From the NCBI GenBank assembly GCA_025928265.1, contig JAICJV010000006.1, positions 7,694 to 71,693 on the forward strand: a stretch of DNA of 64,000 nucleotides, in the 5' to 3' direction. A program made the position numbers and the translations under genes. Source of the stretch: Thermoleophilaceae bacterium (GTDB lineage Bacteria > Actinomycetota > Thermoleophilia > Solirubrobacterales > Thermoleophilaceae). The notes under the pieces are model-generated. The model worked only from the letters and a program-made list of their open reading frames with translations. It did no database searches and was not told where the DNA came from. Below are positions 11,388-20,134 of this stretch, in pieces. How positions within the stretch are numbered: the stretch's first letter is position 1; each line of letters starts with the position of its first letter.

Positions 11388-13358
11388 ATGGAAAACACAA
11401 TGGCCGCCGCCGCCACCGTCATTGCACTCGTCGGGCTTGCGCCGATGCTCGCCGGCCTTGCCGTGGGAGCGTGGCGCGGCCCACAGCGGCTGGCGTGGGC
11501 GGCCGTGCTGCTCGGCATGGTCTGCACGGGACTTGCACAGAGCGCGGGGGTGTTCGGCGTGCGCGGGGGCCGTCCGGTGCCGGCGCTGAATGCCGGCGAC
11601 GTCCTCTGGTTCGCGCGCATCCTCCTCGTCTACGGAGGCCTCGCCGCCATCATCCGCACGCGCGTGCCGCGGCTCGACGCGCGCGCCTTCGCGGGCGGGG
11701 CGATCGGCGCCCTGGGCGCCTGCGCGGTGGTGAACGAGACGGCGGTCCGCTGGCTCGTGGCGGGCAGCACGGGAGACGCCTTCACCACGCAGCTCCGCGG
11801 CCACTCGCCCCTGGTCGAGGCCGCAGCCGCCGGGTTCCTGCTCGGCACCGCGATCTTCACCGGCTGGCCTTGGCGCCTGTGGGCGCCGCTGCTGGCGAGC
11901 ATCGTCGGCATGCTGATCGGACACATCGTGGACATGCATCCGGCGCTCGCGGGCACCGGCGACGGCCACAGCGTCGCGCTCGGCGTCCTGTACGTGCCGG
12001 CGGGCTGGGTGACGGCGTACGCGATCTACGTCTATCTGTGCCAGGGAGTGCCCGAGGCGACCGAGGATCTCGGCCCCTCGCCGGTCGCCGCAGTGTTCGC
12101 CTTGATGCCGCTGGGCGTGCTCATCGCCGGTACGCGGACGCACATCTCGACCGAGGGGCTCGTCTTCGCCGCCACGGCTGCGCTGGTGCTCGTCGTGCGC
12201 TACGCGCTCGTGGTGAGCGCGAACCAGCGGCTGCTCGAGGCCACGACCCGCGAGGCGGCGACGGACGCGCTCACGGGCCTCGGCAACCGCCGCGCCTTCC
12301 TGCGCGCGCTCGAGTCGAGGGCGGAGGTCGCGACGGACGACGAGCCGGTCACGATCGCCCTCTTCGACCTCAACGGGTTCAAGCGCTACAACGACACCTT
12401 CGGCCACCCCGCCGGCGACTCGCTGCTGGCTCGCCTCGGTGCTGCGCTCAACCGAGCCGTGGAGGGTCGCGGATCGGCGTGGCGGCTCGGCGGCGACGAG
12501 TTCTGCGTGATCCTGCACACCGGCGAGCACGATGACGCGATCGCCGCCTGCGCGAGGGCGCTGACCACTGGCGGCGAGGGTTTCCGGATCGACGCCGCGC
12601 GTGGCGTGGTGCACCTGCCGCGCGACGCCGCGGACCCCGACGCCGCGCTGCGGCTCGCCGACCAGCGCATGTACGAGAACAAGGGAACGCAGCGCCGCTC
12701 GAGCGACCAGAGCCACGCCACCGCCGCGCTGCTCCAGCTGGTCCGCGAGCAGGACCCGGACCTGGGCGAGCACTTCCTGAGCGTGGCCGAGATGGCGGCC
12801 GACGTGGCCCGGCGCCTGGGTGCCGACGAACGGACGGTCGAGCAGACACTGCTCGGCGGCGAGCTGCACGACATCGGCAAGACGGCGATCCCGCGCGCGA
12901 TCCTTGCCAAACCCGGTCCGCTCACGGACGAGGAATGGGTCTTCATGCGGCGCCACACCACGATCGGCGAGCGCATCCTGCTGGCCGATCCCGCGCTCGC
13001 GTTTGTCGCCCCGGTGGCGCGCAGCCACCACGAGCGCTGGGAGGGCGGCGGCTATCCCGACGGCATCGCCGGCGAGGAGATCCCGCTGGCGGCGCGGATC
13101 GTGTCGGTCTGCGACGCCTACGAGGCCATGATCGCCGACCGCGCCTACCGCCGCGGCCGCCCGCCCGCCGAGGCACACGCGGAGCTCCGGCGCTGCTCGG
13201 GGAGCCAGTTCGACCCCGCTGTGGTGGCGGCGTTCGAGGCTCTGGTGGCCGACAGCGCCGTTTCCGGCGGTCCGACCCGGGAACCAACGGACGCATGGAA
13301 TCCTCGACCGATCGAGACCTGGCACTCGTCACCGGCGCCTCCAGCGGGATCGGGCTAG
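11388..13358 (+). CDS. Membrane-bound GGDEF (diguanylate cyclase) + HD-GYP (c-di-GMP phosphodiesterase) protein
   Basis: It has a multi-TM N-terminus. GGDEF-domain motifs are LTGLGNRRAF and RLGGDEFCVI. HD-GYP motifs are ELHDIGKTAIP and HHERWEGGGYPDG. Confidence 0.85.
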   Translation: MENTMAAAATVIALVGLAPMLAGLAVGAWRGPQRLAWAAVLLGMVCTGLAQSAGVFGVRGGRPVPALNAGDVLWFARILLVYGGLAAIIRTRVPRLDARAFAGGAIGALGACAVVNETAVRWLVAGSTGDAFTTQLRGHSPLVEAAAAGFLLGTAIFTGWPWRLWAPLLASIVGMLIGHIVDMHPALAGTGDGHSVALGVLYVPAGWVTAYAIYVYLCQGVPEATEDLGPSPVAAVFALMPLGVLIAGTRTHISTEGLVFAATAALVLVVRYALVVSANQRLLEATTREAATDALTGLGNRRAFLRALESRAEVATDDEPVTIALFDLNGFKRYNDTFGHPAGDSLLARLGAALNRAVEGRGSAWRLGGDEFCVILHTGEHDDAIAACARALTTGGEGFRIDAARGVVHLPRDAADPDAALRLADQRMYENKGTQRRSSDQSHATAALLQLVREQDPDLGEHFLSVAEMAADVARRLGADERTVEQTLLGGELHDIGKTAIPRAILAKPGPLTDEEWVFMRRHTTIGERILLADPALAFVAPVARSHHERWEGGGYPDGIAGEEIPLAARIVSVCDAYEAMIADRAYRRGRPPAEAHAELRRCSGSQFDPAVVAAFEALVADSAVSGGPTREPTDAWNPRPIETWHSSPAPPAGSG

Positions 13359-14095
13359 AGCTCGCCAGGCAGTTCGCCCAGCACGGCTTCGATCTGATCA
13401 TCGCCGCAGAGGACACCGAGCTGGCCGCGGCGACCACGGCGATCGAGACGCACGGCGTGCGCGTGATGCCCGTGCAGGTCGACCTGGCCACGGCCGACGG
13501 CGTCGAGGCGCTCTGGCGCCGCGTGCAGGAGATCGGCCGCCCGCTCGACGCGGCGGCGCTGAACGCCGGCGTCGGCGGAGGCGGCGCCTTCAAGGACAGC
13601 GACCTCCAGGACGAGCTGCGGATCGTCGATCTGAACGTGCGCTCGACCGTGCACCTCGCCTGGTACGTGGTCCGCGACATGGCCGCCCGCGACCACGGCC
13701 GCATCCTCATCACGTCCTCGATCGCGTCGGCGATTCCCGGCTCGTTCCAGGCTGTCTACAACGCGTCGAAATCGTTCGACCAGTCGTTCGCGCTCGCGCT
13801 CCGCAACGAGCTGAAGGACACGAACGTGAGCGTCACCTCGCTGATGCCGGGGCCCACGGACACGGAGTTCTTCGAGCGCGCGGGAATGCTCGACACGAAG
13901 GTCGGCTCGAGCGGCAAGGACGATCCGGCCGACGTGGCGCGCGACGGCTTCGAGGCGCTCATGGCGGGCAAGGAGCGCGTCATCTCGGCGTCGGTCCCGA
14001 CCAAGGCGCAGGGCCGTTTCAGCCGCCTCATGCCCGACAGCGTGAAGGCCGAGATGCACCGCCGGATGTCGAGGCCCGGCTCCGGCAAGAGCTGA
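13295..14095 (+). CDS. Short-chain dehydrogenase/reductase (SDR)
   Basis: It contains ALVTGASSGIGLE (TGxxxGxG), NAGV and YNASK catalytic motifs. The ATG at 13295 overlaps the end of the preceding gene by 64 nt. Confidence 0.85.
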   Translation: MESSTDRDLALVTGASSGIGLELARQFAQHGFDLIIAAEDTELAAATTAIETHGVRVMPVQVDLATADGVEALWRRVQEIGRPLDAAALNAGVGGGGAFKDSDLQDELRIVDLNVRSTVHLAWYVVRDMAARDHGRILITSSIASAIPGSFQAVYNASKSFDQSFALALRNELKDTNVSVTSLMPGPTDTEFFERAGMLDTKVGSSGKDDPADVARDGFEALMAGKERVISASVPTKAQGRFSRLMPDSVKAEMHRRMSRPGSGKS

Positions 14096-14120
14096 GCGCC
14101 GGATAGGAGGCCGCGGGCGC

Positions 14121-14164
14121 GAACGTCCGTTTCTACCCCGTATAACGGGGAGTAATGGACGTTC
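14121..14164. terminator. Nested hairpin between convergent genes (candidate bidirectional terminator or structured element)
   Basis: The outer stem is GAACGTCC / GGACGTTC (8 bp). The inner stem is CCCCGT-ata-ACGGGG. There is no clear U-tract on either strand. Confidence 0.5.
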
Positions 14165-14183
14165 ACCTGGCGAACGTGCATTT

Positions 14184-15362
14184 CTACGCCCTGGAGCCCG
14201 CGTCCACCCTCTCGATAGCCCGCGCGCACAGCCGCGCCGCGTCCGCCACCGTCGAGTAGTCCACCCGGTCCGCGGTGTCGGTCGGCCAGTGGTAGTTCGT
14301 CGGGATCTTGTACTCGTCCACCGAGCCGAGCATGGCTGCGTCGAATCCCGCCTTTAGGGCGATCAGCCCGTCGGTGGCGTTGCGGAAGCGCAGCGTGTCG
14401 TGCACGTCGATGCCGAGCTCGCCGGCGCACTCCATCAGGAACGCGAAGAGCCCGGGCGAGTAGTCGCGGATGCCGAGCATGCCCTCGCCCAGCAGGAGCA
14501 GCAGCTTCGGCGACCCGACCGTGTCGACGCAGATCACCTTCGTGCGGTCGCGCGGCAGCTCGGCGTAGTGGCGCTCCGCGTATCGCACCATCCCCTCCAT
14601 GAACGATTCCTCGGAGCCGGCGGACACGAGCACCACGCGCGTGCGCGCGGGCGGGTTGTCCGAGAGCCAGTGCGCGAGCGACAGCAGCGTGACCACACCC
14701 GTGGCGTTGTCGTTGGCGCCCGGCGTGACGGCGCGCACGCCGATGTCCGTCATCGCCGCGGCGAAGCCCGCCGACAGCGCGACGCCGAACGCCCGCAACC
14801 GCGAGCTGCCGAGCAGCGCGCCCAAGGCCACGAACGCGGGCCCGAACACCGCGCCCCACATCGTCGGCGGCGTGGTTGTCTGCTTCTCGTGCAGCTTCGG
14901 GAAGCGCCGTGCCATGGCGCGCGGCAGCTCCGGGTGAAAGACGATGCCCGAATGCGCGGCGTCGTGGTGCGCGGTGACGAGCACCACGTTCTCGGCCGCC
15001 GGGTCGCCGAACTCCGCGATGACGTTGGTCGTCTCGTGCTGCGGCAGCAGCCGGCGAAGGAAGCGCGGCCCCGCGCGCACGTCCTCGGCCGTGGATGCCG
15101 CGGCCAGAGCGCCGACCACCAGCGCGAGGAGGCGGCTGCGCGACAGTCCGGCGAGCGCGGCCGCGAAGCACGGGAGGCCGATCGGCCACCAGTAGGTGCC
15201 GTGCACCCGCTCCGTCTCGACCGCCACGCGCGCGCCCGTGGAACGCATCTCCTCGGCGATCAGCTCCCCGGCCTCGCGCTCCCCCGGGCTCGCCGAAGCG
15301 CGCTGGATCGACGCGAGCCGCTCCACCCGCTCACGCAGGGCGTCCTCGCCGAGGAGCGTCAC
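14184..15362 (-). CDS. M28-family metallopeptidase (aminopeptidase-like) with membrane segments
   Basis: It contains HHDAAHSG and NDNATG-type M28 metal-ligand motifs. The GTG start at 15362 overlaps the desaturase stop (GTGA). The longer ORF to 15527 would overlap the desaturase gene. Confidence 0.75.
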   Translation of the reverse strand: MTLLGEDALRERVERLASIQRASASPGEREAGELIAEEMRSTGARVAVETERVHGTYWWPIGLPCFAAALAGLSRSRLLALVVGALAAASTAEDVRAGPRFLRRLLPQHETTNVIAEFGDPAAENVVLVTAHHDAAHSGIVFHPELPRAMARRFPKLHEKQTTTPPTMWGAVFGPAFVALGALLGSSRLRAFGVALSAGFAAAMTDIGVRAVTPGANDNATGVVTLLSLAHWLSDNPPARTRVVLVSAGSEESFMEGMVRYAERHYAELPRDRTKVICVDTVGSPKLLLLLGEGMLGIRDYSPGLFAFLMECAGELGIDVHDTLRFRNATDGLIALKAGFDAAMLGSVDEYKIPTNYHWPTDTADRVDYSTVADAARLCARAIERVDAGSRA

Positions 15363-16243
15363 GCAGCCAGTTCGCGCTCGCGCACGCGGCTCTCGTCGAT
15401 ACGGACCACGTTGCGCGCGAGACCGAGCTTCTCGAGTCCGCCGATGACCAGCCCCGACACGTCGAGCTCCCACCAGCGCAGCCCATGGCGCGCGGAGCGC
15501 GGGAACGCGTGGTGATTGTGGTGCCACGACTCACCCAGGGAGGGCAGGGCTAGCCAGAAGACGTTGGTGCTCATGTCGTCGGTCTCGTAGCGGCGGGTGC
15601 CGAAGAAGTGGCACACGGAGTTGATGCTCCAGGTCACGTGGTGGACCAGGAAGATACGGACCAGGCCGCCCCAAAGCAGTCCGGTCAGGCCGCCGGCGAC
15701 GGAGCCGGTGAGCAGGAAGCCGAGCGCGAACGGGATCGCGAGGCCCAGCAGGACGAGCAGCGGGAACGTCCGCGAGATCGCCCGCATGCCGGGATCCTCG
15801 AGCAGGTCGCGCGCGTAGCGGCGCTTCGTGGCGGTGCCCTGCGTCTCGAGCAGCCACCCCATGTGGGCGTACAGCAGCCCGCGCAGCGCGCCGCCGAAGC
15901 CGCCGCCATGGCCGTGCGGCGAGTGCGGGTCGCCGTCCTCGTCGGTGAAGGCGTGGTGCTTGCGATGGTCGGCGACCCAGTCGAGCACGGGTCCCTGCAC
16001 GGCCATCGAGCCGAGTACCGCCAGCGTGTAGCGGACCGGCCTGGCCGCATCGAAGGCGCGGTGGGTGAGCATGCGGTGGTAGCCGATCGTCACGCCCAGC
16101 GCGGTGACCAGGTACATGCCGCTGAGGATCGCGAGATCGGTCCACCCCACGGCTCGGTTCCACAGCAGGACGATCGCCGCGGCGAAGGCGGCGAACGGGA
16201 GGACGACGGCGGTGAGGTTCGCGTAGCGCTCAAGTTTTGACAT
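15359..16243 (-). CDS. Membrane acyl-CoA (fatty acid) desaturase
   Basis: It has three histidine boxes (HRMLTH, HRKHH, HNHHAF) and TM segments. Confidence 0.9.
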   Translation of the reverse strand: MSKLERYANLTAVVLPFAAFAAAIVLLWNRAVGWTDLAILSGMYLVTALGVTIGYHRMLTHRAFDAARPVRYTLAVLGSMAVQGPVLDWVADHRKHHAFTDEDGDPHSPHGHGGGFGGALRGLLYAHMGWLLETQGTATKRRYARDLLEDPGMRAISRTFPLLVLLGLAIPFALGFLLTGSVAGGLTGLLWGGLVRIFLVHHVTWSINSVCHFFGTRRYETDDMSTNVFWLALPSLGESWHHNHHAFPRSARHGLRWWELDVSGLVIGGLEKLGLARNVVRIDESRVRERELAA

Positions 16244-16310
16244 GCTTTTGAGCGTACGGACGTGAATCGAACCGTCCTACCCACCGCAGCCACATCTGCG
16301 TGGCGGGATT

Positions 16311-17405
16311 TTGAGCGATCGCACAAACATCGAGACGTGGCTGCGGCCTGCACTCCCCGAGCTGGTGAACGAGGTGATCGCGTCGGTGCAGGCGGCCGTA
16401 CCCGCCTATCGGGTGCTCGACCGAAATGTCCGCACCGGCGTGCGCCAGGCGCTCGACGGCTTCATCGAGCTGCGCGACTCCGGCGCGACCACGCGGATTC
16501 CCGGCCGCGAGGTATACGTCCAGTTCGGTCGCGGCGAGGCGCGCAACGGGCGGCCGCTCGACGCGCTGCTCGGCGCGTACCGCGTCGGGGCGCAGACCGC
16601 ATGGCGCGGGATGGCCGAAGCGGGCGAGCATGCCGGCGTCGAGCCGCACGTCATGTACGAGCTGGCCGAGGCGATCTTCGCCTACATCGACGAGATCTCG
16701 GCGGCCTCCGCCGAGGGCCATGCGCTCGAGCAGTCGCTCGCCGCGCGCGCGGAACTGGAGCGCCGCCGCCGGCTGGTCGAGGCGCTGCTGTCCGACCCGC
16801 AACCCGCGGAACTTCCGCGCGTCGCGGCCGACGCGGGCTGGCAATTCCCGGATCGCGTCGCGGTGCTCGCGTTCGACCCGCGCGCGACCGAGCGGGTCGG
16901 CGCGCGCCTCCCGCCGCCCGCGCTCGTCGCGAACGGCTGCGGCGTCATCCCCGACCCCGACGGGCCGGGGCGCCACGACGAGCTGCGACGGGCTCTACGC
17001 GACACCCGGGGCGCGCTCGGTCCGAGCGTGGCGATCGATGATGCGGCCGAGTCGGCACGCCGCGCGCACCTCGCGCTCGAAATCAGTGACGCCGACCTCG
17101 TACTGGCCGACGACCACCTCCTCGATCTCATCCTCGCCCGCGACACACGCCTGGCGAGCGACCTCGCTCGCCGTCGCCTCGCCCCGCTCGACGAGCTGCC
17201 GAAGGGCCAGCGCTCACGCCTCGAGGAGACACTGCGCGCGGGGCTCGACGCGCTGGGCGAGGCACGGCCGGCGGCGGACCGTCTGCACGTGCACGTACAG
17301 ACGGTCCGCTACCGGCTCGGTCAGCTGCGCGACGTCCTGGGCGACGCGCTCGACGACCCGCAGGAGCGCCTCGAGCTGGCGCTCGCGCTGCGCATCACCA
17401 GCTAG
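16311..17405 (+). CDS. PucR-family transcriptional regulator
   Basis: It has a C-terminal PucR-type HTH (ADRLHVHVQTVRYRLGQLRDVLG). The exact start is uncertain. Confidence 0.75.
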   Translation: MSDRTNIETWLRPALPELVNEVIASVQAAVPAYRVLDRNVRTGVRQALDGFIELRDSGATTRIPGREVYVQFGRGEARNGRPLDALLGAYRVGAQTAWRGMAEAGEHAGVEPHVMYELAEAIFAYIDEISAASAEGHALEQSLAARAELERRRRLVEALLSDPQPAELPRVAADAGWQFPDRVAVLAFDPRATERVGARLPPPALVANGCGVIPDPDGPGRHDELRRALRDTRGALGPSVAIDDAAESARRAHLALEISDADLVLADDHLLDLILARDTRLASDLARRRLAPLDELPKGQRSRLEETLRAGLDALGEARPAADRLHVHVQTVRYRLGQLRDVLGDALDDPQERLELALALRITS

Positions 17406-18199
17406 CCGCCCGCGCCCGCATACATCAGGGACCCCGGCGTGGTCAGCTCCTCGCCGGTCTCGAGCAGCGTCTTGAGGCCGGACAGGATCATCGGCCAGCC
17501 GCCGTAGAGCTGCGGGTTCGCACCCTCGGGCAGATGGTCGTGGGTGATCGTGAGCCGGCACGAGTCCTCGACCTGCTCGATCTCCCACGTCACGCGCGAG
17601 GTGCCGGCCGCCTTCACGTCGTCGCTCCAGAGCGCGTTGAAGCTCTGCACGAGTCGCTGCGGCGGATCGACCTCGAGGTTCTCGCCCTCGCTGATCGCCA
17701 TGCCGGCGCGCGGGTGCACCGCGCGGTACGCCGACCCGTTCGTCCAGTCGGACTCGATGCCCACGCCGAAGTTGTACCTCGCGCGCTGCTCGGGATTGGT
17801 GATCGCCTCCCAGAGCCGTTCGGGCGTCGTCTTGATGTAGATCTCGAACACCTTCTCCATGACCGCATCCTCCAGGTCGTGCTTGAGCTCGCTCAGGCCC
17901 GCGGCCCACGGCTCGGCGTACTTGCTCACCCACCTGTCGTGGACGAGCCGGATCGGGACGGGGTTGAGGAAGTGCAGCTTCTCGCGGCCGCGCCTCTTCG
18001 TGACCACGAGGCCGGCCTCCTCGAGCACCTTCAGGTGCTTCATGACGCCGAAGCGCGTCATCGGAAGGCGCTCCTCGAGCGCGCCGAGGGTCTGCCCGTC
18101 CTGCCGGAACAGCTCGTCGAGCAGGCTGCGGCGCGTCGGGTCGGCCAGCGCTCTGAAGACCTCGTCCATGCCGGAGATAATACGTGACCATTTGGTCAC
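17402..18199 (-). CDS. ArsR-family HTH regulator fused to SRPBCC/AHSA1-like domain
   Basis: The N-terminus reads ALADPTRRSLLDEL...MTRFGVMKHLKVLEEAGLV (ArsR wHTH). The C-terminal about 150 aa resemble an Activator-of-Hsp90-ATPase-like fold. Confidence 0.85.
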   Translation of the reverse strand: MTKWSRIISGMDEVFRALADPTRRSLLDELFRQDGQTLGALEERLPMTRFGVMKHLKVLEEAGLVVTKRRGREKLHFLNPVPIRLVHDRWVSKYAEPWAAGLSELKHDLEDAVMEKVFEIYIKTTPERLWEAITNPEQRARYNFGVGIESDWTNGSAYRAVHPRAGMAISEGENLEVDPPQRLVQSFNALWSDDVKAAGTSRVTWEIEQVEDSCRLTITHDHLPEGANPQLYGGWPMILSGLKTLLETGEELTTPGSLMYAGAGG

Positions 18200-18218
18200 A
18201 TGTCAACCCGATGCCAGC

Positions 18219-18761
18219 ATGCGCCACATGAGCAGCCTGCGCGTGGCGCACACCGCCGACCTCGACCCCGCCACCCTCGCCTCCGCCCGCGCGCTCCTGT
18301 ACGAGGTGTTCGCGGACGACATGACCGCGCACGACTGGGAGCACGCGCTGGGCGGCATGCACGCGATCGTGTTCGAGGACGGCGAGCTGGTGGGTCACGC
18401 GTCGGTGGTCCAGCGCCGGCTCATCCACCGGGGGCGTGCGCTGCGCACCGGCTACGTGGAGGGCGTCGTGGTGCGCGAGCAGTCGCGCCGCCGCGGCCAC
18501 GCCGGCGCGATGATGGACGCGCTCGAGCGCGTGATCCGCGGTGCCTACGAGCTGGGAGCCCTGGGCGCGAGCGACATGGCCGCCGGCTTCTACGCCGCGC
18601 GCGGCTGGGAGCGCTGGCGCGGCACGACGTATGCGCTCACGCCGTCCGGGGTCGAGCGGACGCCCGACGAGGACGACTCGGTGTTCGTCCTCATGGGATC
18701 CGCGCCGCTCGACCTCGGCGGCGAGCTCACCTGCGACTGGCGCGACGGCGATGTCTGGTAG
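18219..18761 (+). CDS. GNAT N-acetyltransferase resembling aminoglycoside 2'-N-acetyltransferase AAC(2')-I
   Basis: Blocks VHTADLD, DWEHALGGMHA, VQRRLI.RG.ALR.GYVEGV.VR and the end motif CDWR.GDVW match my recollection of mycobacterial AAC(2')-Ic. The start is 18219 or 18228. Confidence 0.8.
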   Translation: MRHMSSLRVAHTADLDPATLASARALLYEVFADDMTAHDWEHALGGMHAIVFEDGELVGHASVVQRRLIHRGRALRTGYVEGVVVREQSRRRGHAGAMMDALERVIRGAYELGALGASDMAAGFYAARGWERWRGTTYALTPSGVERTPDEDDSVFVLMGSAPLDLGGELTCDWRDGDVW

Positions 18762-18809
18762 CCGGATCTGACGTTGCGCGGCACTTGCCGCGCTGACTAA
18801 GTTGTTCGT

Positions 18810-19423
<614 letters not shown>

Positions 19424-19424
<1 letters not shown>

Positions 19425-20134
19425 TGGAGGTCTCGCAGCGGGCGCCGGGGCGGTGGCAGATCGCGACCGTCACCGAGGTCAAGCGCGAGACGCCGCGCGT
19501 GAAGTCGTTCCGGCTCGTGCTGCCGATGTGGATGCCGCACCTGCCCGGGCAGCACTACGACGTGCGACTGACCGCGCCGGACGGCTACCGCGCGCAGCGG
19601 TCCTACTCGGTCGCCTCGTCACCGCTCGAGAAGGGCACGGTCGAGCTCACGATCGACCGGCTCGCCGACGGCGAGGTCTCGCCCTACTTCCACGACGTCG
19701 TGGAGGTCGGCGACCAGGTTGAGGTGCGCGGCCCGTTCGCGTCGTACTTCGTCTGGCGCGGCGAGTCGCCGGTGTTGCTGGTGGGTGGCGGGTCCGGAGT
19801 CGTCCCGCTGATGGCGATGCTGCGACACCGCCGGCTCACCCACGACCACGGACAGATGCGCCTGATCTACTCGGTCCGCCACGCCGACGACGTCATCTTC
19901 GCCGGCGAGATCGACGGGGACGCAACGCTCACGTTCACGCGCGACGCGCCACCCGGCTGGGCGGGCCACACCGGCCACATCGACGCCGGAATGTTCACCG
20001 CCGCCGATCATTCCGACGGCACCGTCTTCATCTGCGGCAGCAACGGATTCGTGGAGGCCGCCGCCGACCTCGCGATGACAGCGGGATTCGATCCCGCGCG
20101 GATCCGCACCGAGCGCTTCGGTCCGACCGGCTGA
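19424..20134 (+). CDS. Ferredoxin-NADP reductase-type FAD/NAD-binding oxidoreductase
   Basis: It has RAQRSYS (RxYS FAD motif) and GGGSGVVP (NAD-binding). The ATG overlaps the upstream stop (ATGA). Confidence 0.8.

Noticed and set aside
10925-11620. A 231-aa version of the minus-strand ORF upstream of the lipoprotein start.
   Set aside because: The N-terminal 90 aa are low-complexity and would overlap the GGDEF/HD-GYP gene start. A clean lipoprotein signal peptide begins at the internal ATG at 11350.
16244-16310. A possible operator in the desaturase/PucR divergent gap (CCACCGCAGCCACATCTGCGTGGCGG).
   Set aside because: It is only a short imperfect inverted repeat (GCAG...CTGC / CCAC...GTGG) with mismatches, indistinguishable from chance in GC-rich DNA.
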